Below, in pieces: positions 46,378 through 57,503 of a DNA stretch of 64,000 bases. Location: positions 1,922,001 through 1,986,000 of the forward strand of contig OZ037835.1 in NCBI GenBank assembly GCA_964035575.1, read 5' to 3'. The translations under genes were made by a program, and so were the position numbers. Positions within the stretch are counted from its first letter, which is position 1, and every line of letters starts with the position of its first letter. This stretch comes from Rhynchopus sp. YZ270_cl-10. Its lineage: Eukaryota. A model generated the notes under the pieces. That model was not told the DNA's origin and ran no database searches. It saw nothing but the letters and a program-made list of their open reading frames with translations.

Positions 46378-47133
46378 ATGGGAACCGCACCATACACGAG
46401 AACAGTCTACTGGACGGATCCCCGATCAGAGGGGTCCACTGATGACATTAGCAGGCTTGCTTATGAGAGGATGAAGGCGAACCAGCAGATGCTTGCACAG
46501 AAGGTGCGGTTTGACGGAACGTGTTTGGAAGGGGTTTTTGAGCTGATGCGGAACCACGCTGGTGTGGACATGATGTTGTCAAAGAAGAGCTTTTCTGCGG
46601 TCATGGAGGAGATCGGCGTCGCGCAGGCCTACCACGATGAGTTGTTCATCCGTGTGGACGCGGACAATAGCGGCAACATCGATACTGCAGAGTTCTGCGA
46701 AGTGATCGACAGCTTTGTTAACGGCAGCCATCACTTCAAGGTTCTGAGAAGTTGCTTCTCCATCGTCGACGTTCAGTGTACCGGGAAAGTAACCAAGGAT
46801 GAGCTGGACTCCTTCCATCGACACCAGACAATCAACAAAGGGCGTGACAAAGGCCCCACAGAGGCGCAGCTTCTGGTCATCTCAAAAATCTTCCGCCAGA
46901 TTGCGTCCGGAAACCGTGCGCTTTCCTTCAATGACTTTGTGACGGCGTGCTCCGAGGACTCTTCTGTGTTGGTGCCCTTCATGAACCACATCTTAAGCTA
47001 TATGTGTAAGCATCTGATAGGGGTGGCGCCAGAGTCGCCCAAGGCAATAACAAAGAGGACGGAGGACCAATCGGCTAGACTGAACGTTGAGATGGCGAAA
47101 GGGCCGCGGAAGAGGAGCTCCGCTGTAGCTTGA
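46378..47133 (+). CDS. EF-hand calcium-binding protein (251 aa)
   Basis: ATG 46378 after a C/A-rich tract; EF loops DADNSGNIDTAEF and DVQCTGKVTKDEL, plus degenerate LSFNDF. Confidence 0.85.
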   Translation: MGTAPYTRTVYWTDPRSEGSTDDISRLAYERMKANQQMLAQKVRFDGTCLEGVFELMRNHAGVDMMLSKKSFSAVMEEIGVAQAYHDELFIRVDADNSGNIDTAEFCEVIDSFVNGSHHFKVLRSCFSIVDVQCTGKVTKDELDSFHRHQTINKGRDKGPTEAQLLVISKIFRQIASGNRALSFNDFVTACSEDSSVLVPFMNHILSYMCKHLIGVAPESPKAITKRTEDQSARLNVEMAKGPRKRSSAVA

Positions 47134-47523
47134 AAAGGAGAAATAATAATATCGTGTTGCGAAAAAAATGTGGACCAGAATAATTATGGACCTTTTTGGG
47201 GTTTCTTTTGTGCAATTTTTCTGGTCCATATTTTTTTCAAAACACGGTATTATCCTTCCGTCGTCTTTTTGTCTTTTTACATTAAAATTTTTAGTAGATG
47301 TGTGTTTTGATAACTAAATAGGGGTAATTCTTGCTATTCTGGCTAAAAACTAAGGGTTTTTGGGGATTTCAGAACTCTAAGGAGGGTTTTTTCCCCTTCC
47401 CCACCTTCTTTCACCCCCTGTGTGGTAGGGGGGGATACGCAGACGCTACTGTTCATGAAGGTCTCAAGCATTTTGTCAAATACTACGTGGCAAGTAAAAT
47501 GGCTGAAAAAAGGCCAACAACAA

Positions 47524-47575
47524 TAGTGGAGCACACTCTAGGGTGGCTACACTAATACAACCAAGTTTTCAAAAA
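47524..47575 (+). repeat. Dispersed 51-bp hairpin + A-tail repeat, copy 3
   Basis: Identical to the 12024 and 39022 copies. Confidence 0.9.
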
Positions 47576-48007
47576 GCAAAAATGTGTTGGTTTTTTGGTT
47601 TCCACCAAAGCACCGTGAGGGGGGTGTATACCGTACTCTTCCAAACTAACTAGGCTGTATATTTTTTCTTATTGTGACATATTTCCCCTCTCCCACTTTT
47701 TCATCGTGTCGGCTTTCCACGCTTTTTTTTTGTCGGGAAAAAATGAAGATAACCACGAAATGCTAATGTACTTCGTAGCAACCTCGCGGGCTTTGTATCC
47801 TTCGACAACTCGCCTAAGTACCCAGAAGAGGGTCTGTGCTCAATATTGGCCGAATCCTTTTATACTACAGAAGGAAAAGACGTAAAGAGCAATATTACAC
47901 AAAGTGGCGTAGTCCGCATGAGTGCTCCTCAATGTGTACGGCTACCTACAAAGGAAGCAACTCCCACAACCCCACCACACAACAGAGCAACACAAAAGGA
48001 AGACAAA

Positions 48008-48964
48008 ATGGAAGTAGTTATCAAGGACTGTGCAGACAACTCGTACATGATTGAGGTGGATGTGGATGACACAACGGAGACGATGCGGCAGAAGGTGGCG
48101 TCTGCAGTGGGGTTGGCTGAGGACAGCTTCCACATGGGCTTCGGAGGGAAGGAGGAAGGAGAGGACATCACGCAGCTGAGTGCTGGAGACACAATCGTGT
48201 TGACGAAAACTCAGAAGTTCGTGGCCAGAGCAGCACTTCGTGCGTTGGGTGAGAGGGACATCACTGCAGAGAGGCTGGAGACTGTGGAGGATCCTGAGGT
48301 GGCGTGTTTGCTTCTGCAGGCGGAGGTTGCGACTGTCATTCCGAACCAGTTCTTGGCACACAAATCGTTAACAGCACTTGATCTGAGTGCTGTGTCGTGT
48401 GTGACGGAAATTCGTGATGAGTTTCTTCACGGGTGCACAACGTTGACGAGCATCGACCTGTCTGGGTTGACACGTCTGACGCGGATTGGTACCAGCTTTC
48501 TTGCCAACTGCAGCAACCTCAAAGTAGTGGACTTATCACCACTTCGCAATGTTACACACATTCATGACCGGTTTCTTGCCTTCTGCACCAGCCTCACATC
48601 AGTGGACTTATCACCACTTTGCAATGTTACACAAATTGATAACCATTTTCTTGACTTGTGCAGAAGCCTCAAAGAAGTGGACTTATCACCACTTCGCAAT
48701 GTTACACAAATTCGAACAAGCTTTCTTTCCTACTGCACAAGCCTCACAGAACTAGACCTGTCGCCACTCAGCAGAGTTACGCACTTTGGTAAGGACCCTG
48801 CTGACTACTGCACTTCGCTGAGGAGCATCTACCTCACCGGCTGCAGCAGTGCTGTGTCCAGTCGAGTGCGCGAAGGCGAGCTGAAGAAGTATGTGGTTGA
48901 CGCACCTCCGACACGTGGCAGAGGCAAGACGAAAGCAGCCGTACATTGCTGCAGTGTTTCGTAA
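48008..48964 (+). CDS. Ubiquitin-like + BspA-type LRR protein with CaaX-like end (CCSVS), paralogue 3 (5 core repeats)
   Basis: ATG 48008 (MEVVIKDCADNSYMIEV) chosen by homology with the other paralogues; same architecture. Confidence 0.88.
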   Translation: MEVVIKDCADNSYMIEVDVDDTTETMRQKVASAVGLAEDSFHMGFGGKEEGEDITQLSAGDTIVLTKTQKFVARAALRALGERDITAERLETVEDPEVACLLLQAEVATVIPNQFLAHKSLTALDLSAVSCVTEIRDEFLHGCTTLTSIDLSGLTRLTRIGTSFLANCSNLKVVDLSPLRNVTHIHDRFLAFCTSLTSVDLSPLCNVTQIDNHFLDLCRSLKEVDLSPLRNVTQIRTSFLSYCTSLTELDLSPLSRVTHFGKDPADYCTSLRSIYLTGCSSAVSSRVREGELKKYVVDAPPTRGRGKTKAAVHCCSVS

Positions 48965-50655
48965 AGAGCGACAGGAGAAGCTAGGCAAGGAACGCAGAGC
49001 AGCTCCGCTGTGACAGCTGCTTCACTCAGCTCCGCAACTCGCTCAGGTGGGCCTTCGAATATCGCCGCCCATTTGGTCGAGGAGGCATCTGACCAGGCTG
49101 TCGCCCGTCTCGACGGCAGCGGCCTCCCACGTGTGTTCGCTCAAGATGCGCAGCTCGTCCTTCTCCAGTACCCGTGTGATCCATTTCGTGTCGGAACGAC
49201 ATCCACACTATTGGGCCTACCCTGAGTCGAGAGTCCTGTACATTGTCTCAGGGCAGTGAGGCAGAACAGTTTCTTTTCTTAGCTTCAACGCTGTGGGTCT
49301 GTAAATAAACTGTGACCCAGAACCCATTTCCTGCATCTGCCATCTCCTCCTCACATGGGCGGTCCATTAGCACACCTGGACTTAATAGTCATACGACGCC
49401 CGACTTTTACGTACCCGCGACTACACCATGCCTGTGCTTGGACACTACATCATACCTGCAAAAATTACGAACTCCGCCTGGAGCGAATACACGCCTCACA
49501 CCAAACTTGTGGAAACCCACGCAGTTGATGCCGCGCGATAACGAATATGCTCAAGGTGACTAAGCACGAGAGGCTTTGGGTCTCTTATAAACTTTTATTT
49601 CTTTGCTTTTTTCGGGTTTGGGCCTACCATGGGTCTGGAGTGCCCTGTACATTGTCTCAGGGGCAGTGAGGTAGTTGGGGTTTTGTTTTCTCCTTGGTGC
49701 GTGGTGGGGTAGTATTTGGTAATGCGCTAACTTGGGCCGTGAGTGCCTCTGGTTGCGCAGTCGATCCGTGAGCGATTGAAACAGGGAAAGGAAAGCGTGC
49801 ACCGAAAGATCGGTGGAGTTTGCTCGTGTGTGGGTGTCACTGACGGTGCTGATATATCGGCAGACATCCACTGTTTCAGAGGCAGTGATGTAGGAGGTTC
49901 TTTTTCTTTTGTACGAGTTATGCAATACGTCTGGAAATGAAAAGACGCGTTCTTCGGTTCGCATGAGTCTTACCGTTTTCCCCTTCCCCCTTTTTGTGCT
50001 CCACCTCTCCCCCGTACTGCAGGATGCGTGTTTTCGGGGGTTTTTTCGGGACTTTTGGGGTTTGAAAAACAAAAGGATGGATGCGATCAACAAACAAACA
50101 ACAAATAAATAAAGAACGGGGGGTGTTTCATTTTTCAGGTTTGGGCTACCTTGGGCCAAGAGTGCCCTGCACAGCGTCGCAGAGGCAGTTAGGTAGCATG
50201 GTGCATCGAAAAGATCGGTGGAGTTTGTATGTTACCGACACACTGTCACTGACACTGAAAGATCAGTCAGGCCTGTACGGTCGCAAGAGGGGGAGTGTAT
50301 ACCGTACTCTTCCAAACTAGGCTGTATATTTTTTCTTATTGTGACATATTTCCCCTCTCATACTTTTTCATCGTGTCATCGGCTTTCTTTGAGCTTTTTT
50401 TTGTCGGGCAACAATGTACTTCGTAGCAACCTCGCGGGCTTTGTATCCTTCGACAACTCGCCTAAGTACCCAGAAGAGGGTCTGTGCTCAATGTTGGCCG
50501 AATCCTTTTATACTACAGAAGGAAAAGACGTAAAGAGCAATATTACACAAAGTGGCGTAGTCCGCATGAGTGCTCCTCAATGTGTACGGCTACCTACAAA
50601 GGAAGCAACTCCCACAACCCCACCACACAACAGAGCAACACAAAAGGAAGACAAA

Positions 50656-52146
50656 ATGGAAATAGTTATCAAGGACTGTGCAGACAACTCGTACATGATC
50701 GAGGTGGATGTGGATGACACAACGGAGACGATGCGGCAGAAGGTGGCGTCTGCAGTGGGGTTGGCTGAGGACAGCTTCCACATGGGCTTCGGAGGGAAGG
50801 AGGAAGGAGAGGACATCACGCAGCTGAGTGCTGGAGACACAATCATCCTGACGAAAACTAAGAAGTTCGTGGCCAGAGCAGCACTTCATGCGTTGGGTGA
50901 GAGGGACATCACTGCAGAGAGGCTGGTGACTGTGGAGGATCCTGAGGTTGCGTGTTTGCTTCTGCAGGCGGAGGTTGCGACTGTCATTCCGAACAATTTC
51001 TTGGCACAGACATCGTTAACATCACTTGATCTGAGTGCTGTGTCCTGTGTGACGGAAATAGGTGATGAGTTTCTTCACCAGTGTACAATGTTGACGAGCG
51101 TCGACCTGTCTGGGTTGACACGTCTCACGCGGATCGGTACCAACTTTCTTGCCGACTGCACCAGCCTCACAGCAGTAAACTTGTCACCACTCAGCAATGT
51201 CACACACATTGGTACAAGCTTTCTTTACAGCTGCACCAGCCTCACAGCTGTAGACTTATCACCACTTCGCAATGTTACTCATATTGATGACCGGTTTCTT
51301 AACAACTGCAGCAGCCTCACAGCAGTGGACTTATCACCACTTCGCAATGTTACACAAATTCATGACTGGTTTCTTGACAACTGTACCAGCCTCACAGCAG
51401 TGGACTTATCACCACTTCGCAATGTTACACAATTTGGGTACGAATTTCTTGCCAACTGCAGGAGCCTCACAGCAGTCGACTTGGCACTCAGCAATGTTAC
51501 ACACATTGATACAAGCTTTCTTTTCAACTGCAACAGCCTCACAGAAGTAGATTTATCACCACTTCGCAATGTTACACAAATTGGCTGCCAGTTTCTTGCC
51601 CACTGCAGCAGCCTCACAGCAGTGGACTTATCACCACTCAGCAATGTGACTCACATTGGTACAAGCTTTCTTCCCAACTGCAACAGCCTGACAGCAGTGG
51701 ACTTATCACCACTTCGCAATGTTACACAAATTCGTCACAACTTTCTTTACAGCTGCAGCAGACTCACAGCAGTCGACTTATCACCACTCAGCAATGTTAC
51801 ACAAATTGAGGGCTGGTTTCTGGAAAACTGCACCAGCCTCAAAGTAGTGGACTTATCGCCACTCAGGAATGTTACTCAAATTGGCAGAGGCTTTCTTTAC
51901 AACTGCAGCAACCTCACAGAACTAGACCTGTCGCCACTCAGCAGAGTTACGCACTTTGGTGAGCTTCCTGCTAACAACTGCATTTCGCTGAGGAGCATCT
52001 ACCTCACCGGCTGCAGCAGTGCTGTGTCCAGTCGAGTACGTGAATGCGAGCTGAAGGAGTATGTGGTTGACGCACCTCCACCTCCACCTCCGACACGTGG
52101 CCGAGGCAAGACGAAAGCAGCCGTGCCTTGCTGCAGTGTTTCGTAA
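50656..52146 (+). CDS. Ubiquitin-like + BspA-type LRR protein with CaaX-like end (CCSVS), paralogue 4 (12 core repeats)
   Basis: ATG 50656; tandem duplicate of paralogue 3 (units ~47618-49715 and ~50288-52817) with an expanded repeat array. Confidence 0.9.
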   Translation: MEIVIKDCADNSYMIEVDVDDTTETMRQKVASAVGLAEDSFHMGFGGKEEGEDITQLSAGDTIILTKTKKFVARAALHALGERDITAERLVTVEDPEVACLLLQAEVATVIPNNFLAQTSLTSLDLSAVSCVTEIGDEFLHQCTMLTSVDLSGLTRLTRIGTNFLADCTSLTAVNLSPLSNVTHIGTSFLYSCTSLTAVDLSPLRNVTHIDDRFLNNCSSLTAVDLSPLRNVTQIHDWFLDNCTSLTAVDLSPLRNVTQFGYEFLANCRSLTAVDLALSNVTHIDTSFLFNCNSLTEVDLSPLRNVTQIGCQFLAHCSSLTAVDLSPLSNVTHIGTSFLPNCNSLTAVDLSPLRNVTQIRHNFLYSCSRLTAVDLSPLSNVTQIEGWFLENCTSLKVVDLSPLRNVTQIGRGFLYNCSNLTELDLSPLSRVTHFGELPANNCISLRSIYLTGCSSAVSSRVRECELKEYVVDAPPPPPPTRGRGKTKAAVPCCSVS

Positions 52147-53865
52147 AGAGCGACAGGAGAAGCTACGGAAGGAACGCAGAGCAGCTCCGCTGTGACAGCT
52201 GCTTCACTCAGCTGCGCAACTCGCTCAGGTGGGCCTTCGAATATCGCCGCCCATTTGGTCGAGGAGGCATCTGACCAGGCTGTCGCCCATCTCGACGGCA
52301 GCGACCTCCCACGTGCGTTCGCTCAAGATACTGCGCAGCTCGTCCTTCTCCAGTACCCGTGAGGCAGAACAGTTTCTTTTCTTAGCTTCAACGCTGTGGG
52401 TCTGTAAATAAATTGTGACCCAGAACCCATTTTCCGCATCTGCCATCTCCTCCTCACATGGGCGGTCCATTAGCGCACCTGGACTTAATAGTCATACGAC
52501 GCCCGACTTTTACGTACCCACGACTACACCATGCCTATGCTTGGACACTACATCATCATACCTGCAAAAATTACGAACTCCGGCTGGAGCGAATACACAC
52601 CTCACAACAAACTTGTGGAAACCCACGCAGTTGATGCCGCGCGACAACGAATATGCTCAAGGTGACTAAGCACGAGAGGCTTTGGGTATCTTATAAACTT
52701 TCTTTCTTTTCTTTTTTCGGGTTTGGGCCTACCATGGGTCTGGAGTGCCCTGTACATTGTCTCAGGGGCAGTGAGGTAGTTGGGGTTTTGTTTTCTCCTT
52801 GGTGCGTGGTGGGGTAGTCGACCGTAACGGTCGAAAGAGGGTGTGTGTGAAGTCATCAGCAAAATAGTGATCTTGTTTTTGTGTGCGTTTCACCACAACC
52901 TCTCCTTTTTGTCTTCTCGCCCCCCTCTTCTCGGGAAACCCAATCTCTCCACTTCACGGCGTGTGCGCCATTTTGCACAGATAGTGCCAGATACTGCTTT
53001 CCCTTCGCAGACAGACACCCAGGGACATCACCCCAAGCAAGGCACCTCCCGATGAAGGAACCCTTTTCCTTTGTCTCGTCCCAGCAGCACCTCTGCAGAC
53101 GATCCCCTGCTGTGTCGGCTTTGCCCACGAATGAGACGTCTTCCGACAGACTGTCGTTCATCATATTGGCCTTGGACGTCCTGAGGGAGGAACGTGACTT
53201 CGGAATGGAAACGCAATCGCTGCATCACCTTTTTTCGTCATATTACATCTCCTGCTGTTGCAACTCAGGGGTACGCACACAGTGGCGTCGTTTCTCACTG
53301 CCTGTGTTCTGTACCCAGACCTTCGCACCGACGTTTCACCGCCTCGATCTCCTGTTCTGACGCTTCTTCCGCGAAGTCCAGGACCATCTCCCCAGAAGAG
53401 ATTCTGGTTGCCGTACAGCTGCAGGTGTTTTTTGTCCGGGCATCCGCCTTTCAGTTGCACTCTGGTGGCTTCGATGGACTGTAGCGTATTTGTGTTGAGG
53501 GTATGACCCAGCTTTCCACAAATCATAATCAGTGGCGTACCCCTCGCCGCCTCTACACCTTCGTCCCACCTCACCCCACTCTCATTGCAATGCCCGACGC
53601 ACCCACCTGAAGCACTGAAACCTAAGCCAGTCCTAGAGCCTTCTCTTCATGTTGCTCATATTTCCCCCCACAGGGCTGTCTTTAAGATTTTTTCATTAGT
53701 GGAACCCCCCATACCCTCCAGGGAACAATACCTATTTATTCTAAAACAGGAACTCGGGGAAACTCGGTTTTTTGCGGAAAACCGTGTCAAAACTAAACTC
53801 ATTTATTTCTCTCTCTCTCTCACTCACTCTCAGGAAAAAAAAGCAAAAAAAAAAAAAAAAAAACA

Positions 53866-54852
53866 ATGGCAATTCTAGGCTTGGACACCTTTCAAAAGCA
53901 GGCCATATTCTTTGGTTATATGGCATTGTGGAGTGGCCTGCGGATGCTTACCTTTGCGTCGAAGCAGGAGAAGTACGGCGCCCCGCAGTACAACGAGACC
54001 TCGCTTCTGGTGTTCGTCTGCTTTGCGAAGCTGTGCATGGCGATTGGGATGTATCTGCAGGCGGATGGCGGGCTTCAGGAGTACGTACGGGAGTGTTCTG
54101 CGAATAAGGCGCTGTTCCTGCGGTACTCCCTGCCGGCGTTGAGCTACGTAGTGTACGACAACTTAACGTTCATCAATTTGACCCATACGGACCCTGTCAC
54201 ATATGTTATTTTGATGCAGCTGCGCATCGTTGCAACCGGTGTGGTCTGGTCCATCTTCTTCGGCAAGCCGCTCATCCGCAACCAATGGCTTGGCATTGCC
54301 ATGATCACATCCGCCTGCGTCCTGCAGAAGCTTCCTGCATTGATGAATTCTTCTTCATCCGACTCGAGCGTTCTCTTTTCCATTGCGCTCATCGGAATCC
54401 AAATTGCCTGCGGCGTGTTTTCATCGGTTTTCAACGAAGTGCTACTGAAGGAGAAAGGCGGTGCAGGGGTGAACATTCAGAACAGTTTTATGTATGTGTG
54501 GTCGATTATTTGCAATGTAGCGTGGCTCTGCATTTGCCCGAGCAAGGCGTGGTGTAAGAGCGACATCTACGAGGCGCTGCAGTACGAGCACCTGACAGAG
54601 TTGTTGCACTATCTGGTGCTCCCGATCGGTGTCATGCTTGCCTGCATCGGCATCGTGACCTCGCTCTTCATAAAGAACCTGGACAGTGTCCGCAAGACAA
54701 TTGCCTCAGCGATCGAAATCTTCGTCGACGCGCTGCTTGCTCTCGTCATCTTCCAGGTTCCCATCACACAATACACGGTAATGGCTTGTATCCTTGCAGG
54801 TTTCGGTGTGGTGCAATACTCCAAGCCCGCGGAGGTGCAGCCGTTGGTCTGA
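53866..54852 (+). CDS. Nucleotide-sugar transporter, SLC35A family (328 aa)
   Basis: ~10 TM segments; motifs YSLPALSYVVYDNLTF, DPVTYVILMQLRIVATG, QW, SSVFNEVLLK, IQNSFMY, GIVTSLFIKNLDSVRK. Confidence 0.92.
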   Translation: MAILGLDTFQKQAIFFGYMALWSGLRMLTFASKQEKYGAPQYNETSLLVFVCFAKLCMAIGMYLQADGGLQEYVRECSANKALFLRYSLPALSYVVYDNLTFINLTHTDPVTYVILMQLRIVATGVVWSIFFGKPLIRNQWLGIAMITSACVLQKLPALMNSSSSDSSVLFSIALIGIQIACGVFSSVFNEVLLKEKGGAGVNIQNSFMYVWSIICNVAWLCICPSKAWCKSDIYEALQYEHLTELLHYLVLPIGVMLACIGIVTSLFIKNLDSVRKTIASAIEIFVDALLALVIFQVPITQYTVMACILAGFGVVQYSKPAEVQPLV

Positions 54853-55129
54853 AAAAGAATTTTTTTTTTAAAGTGAACCCATCTTATTCGTTGTTGATCG
54901 TATCCCTTTTTTTTGTGTGGGTGCATCAATGCAGACAAGATAAAAAGAAGATGTAAACATACTTTTTCTGTTCAAATCCCAAATTTGGCAAAAAAAAACC
55001 CTCGAAAAAGACCTAAAAAAATGGGTCCGGAAGGTGGAGCACAAAAAAAGGGGGGGGGGAGGGGAAATGGTTAAGATTTATGACATGAAGAGCGTATTTC
55101 GTTTCCAAGACGTCTTTGGTGTACTCAGT

Positions 55130-55931
55130 CAGGGCACTAGCTAGGTGCTTTTTTGCGGTTTCAAAACCGCAAAAACCCGGTTTTGCGGTTTGGCGGAAAA
55201 AAAAAAAAAAAACGGAAAATCTCGGGGCAGGAAAAAAAAAATGTGTGGGGGGTTTTGGGCACTGTTCGGCCCCCTCGCCCGACCCCCAGATGACTGGCAT
55301 GATAGCACCTTAATTTTTTTCTGCTCGCTGCGCTCACGGAAGTACACCCCAAAAAAATTTCCGCTCGCTTCGCTCGCGGAGTTAACCCATATTTTTTTTT
55401 TGCCTGCGGCGCCATTTTCCTTTTTGGCTTCGCAAAAAAGGGTTTGTTGAGTGACTCTGGTGTAAAACCGGCATCTTTACACCGTACCCTAATTTTTTTT
55501 GCCTGCGGCGCCATTTATTATTTTACAATGTCTTCGGGAATCCCCTTGCAATTTGGGCAGTTGCATTTTGCAACCGAAAATGCAATCGATTCAGGTAGAG
55601 GGGTGGTCCACGATCGGGGAGATTAAGTCAGAGCAAGCCGGCGTGCCACCGCTGACATGGAGGAGTATGTGATAGAATGGTCGACAGCAAACAGGAGACT
55701 GGGGGGAGTATGTGCGAACGATTCTGATACATGCAATGAAGTTGGCAGGAGATTCCACCAGGGGTCAGTGGGTTTAGCCCCGTAAAAAATGCCCTGTAAG
55801 TAACCCCTTCCCAAAATCTCCCCGTCCCTCATTCGTGTGTTTTCCCTTCTAGTTTGTCGCCGCGCGAAATTTTTTTTTGAAACCGCAAAACCGCAAAAAA
55901 ACGGAAAAAAAAAAGTCTAGCTAGTGCCCTG
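55130..55931. mobile_element. 802-bp non-autonomous hAT-type transposon
   Basis: 15-bp TIR CAGGGCACTAGCTAG / CTAGCTAGTGCCCTG; 8-bp TSD TACTCAGT (55122-55129, 55932-55939); subterminal AAACCGC/GCGGTTT motifs; no transposase ORF. Confidence 0.93.
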
Positions 55932-57080
55932 TACTCAGTACAAAAAAAAAAAAGAAAATGTGTTTTGATTTGCATCTAATGTTTTGGGTAGTATCTGAGT
56001 AGTATCAACCAAATCACCAAAAAAAGGTGAACTAGGGGGGTTTTTTTTAAACAATTTTTTTGTGAAGAAAAAAATGATCGCATATTTTGGGAGGGAGGGT
56101 GTGTATGTGCATTCAGGAGGAGGGGGGGACGTGCTGCTCGTTTGTGAATTGTAACATCAACAGAGGGGGGGGACAAACTGCAAGCAGTGGTCATAATATT
56201 ATGTTTTTTTTTTAAATTTTGTGTGTGATCTGGGGGTGAGGAAGCGTTCCAACTTTTCAACCTCTTCCCCAACTTACCTTTCGCGCTTTTTTTTTACCTC
56301 CGTTTTAGAATCAACAGAGAGTTGTACGTTAAGATTTCTTTGTTGTTTTGATGGTAAGCTCGCCTAGGATGTGGTGTTTTGGGCGTACCAACAAAACATT
56401 ATACGTCTTTTTTGACCATCCCGCTGTTTTTTTTTGTTGAGGAAATATGCACCTGTTTTATCTATCTGTGCAGTGAGGTCCGCGTACGTTCGTCTTAGAT
56501 ATATTCCTTTTAAGTGGATGTTCAGCTTCACACGGTTTTTTGGTGGTCCAGCACTCCAAGCCGGCGGAAGGTGCAGCCGTTGGTCCGGAGGGGGGGAAAG
56601 AATGAACTCCCCCCACACCCCTTATCTATTTATTCGTTGTTTGTTGTTTGATCGCATCCCCTTTTTTTTCTCATGCCCTTTGCAATGAAGGGCCACTCCT
56701 GTGGAGATACTGCCACCCCCCAGGTCACTCATTGTGAGATCTAGCTCTTTGTTGGTACTGTCTTGCGCCTTTGTGAGGAGTTAAGGGTTTTTTTTTATAA
56801 AATGCTTGAGAATAAAATGCTAACTTCAGTGATATGTAAGACCGCTCGGGGGACACTGGCTAGCATAAGGAATCCAAACTAAGACACAACGTTATGGTAA
56901 AAAGGTGAGTACTGTTTAACATCCTCCAAAATAAAGTTTGCGGATTCGGCGATATTGTTTTTTTTTCCTGGTATTCAAAAAAAGGTGACAAACAAAGTCA
57001 TAAGCACTAAAACTGCTATCTTTTCTCCTGCTTTCACATAATTTCCCTCCCCCCCTCCCCTTCCCCCCACAGTTTAACTA

Positions 57081-57412
57081 CCCCCTATCCCCCCACCCCC
57101 CCACCCTCTCTACACACCTCCCGCACCACGGTCTAGTCAGGGGGACGACTAGTGCCACTACTAGTCGTAACGACTAGTGTAAACCACTACTAGTGCCACT
57201 AGTAGCACGACTAGTGGCACTAGTCGTACGACTAGTGTACTAGTCGTATGACCCGTATGCATAGTATGGTATGACTAGTTGCGGAGGGGAGCGGAGCCTT
57301 GTCATTACTTAGTCTTCTCATTTCACTAGTCATGCACCTTGTCGCATAACTAGTCATAGGGGGTTTGAAAAAGATTGTTTCAACTTTGTTTTGTTTGCCT
57401 AGTCATAGGGGG
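57081..57412. repeat. ACTAGT-motif cluster, possible MITE
   Basis: ~13 ACTAGT palindromes in ~210 bp; weak termini TA|CCCCCTAT ... ATAGGGGG|TA. Confidence 0.5.
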
Positions 57413-57503
57413 TAACTAGGTCGTGCTGTGCAAACCCCCTATCCCCACACTCCCCTCCTGCACACCCCACCACAGAAAGCCCTCCACACACCCCCCATCC
57501 ACC

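Noticed and set aside
50218..50655. N-terminal extensions of the LRR ORFs (also 47846-48007) and of ORFs at 12221, 46219, 57423, 61710
   Set aside because: They start at non-ATG codons and run through C/A-rich upstream tracts; homology among paralogues begins at the downstream ATG.
52860..53575. Coding-like decayed segment on the - strand (similar segments at 24380-24960 and 49010-49560)
   Set aside because: Short broken frames with no identifiable family; cannot be called without a search.
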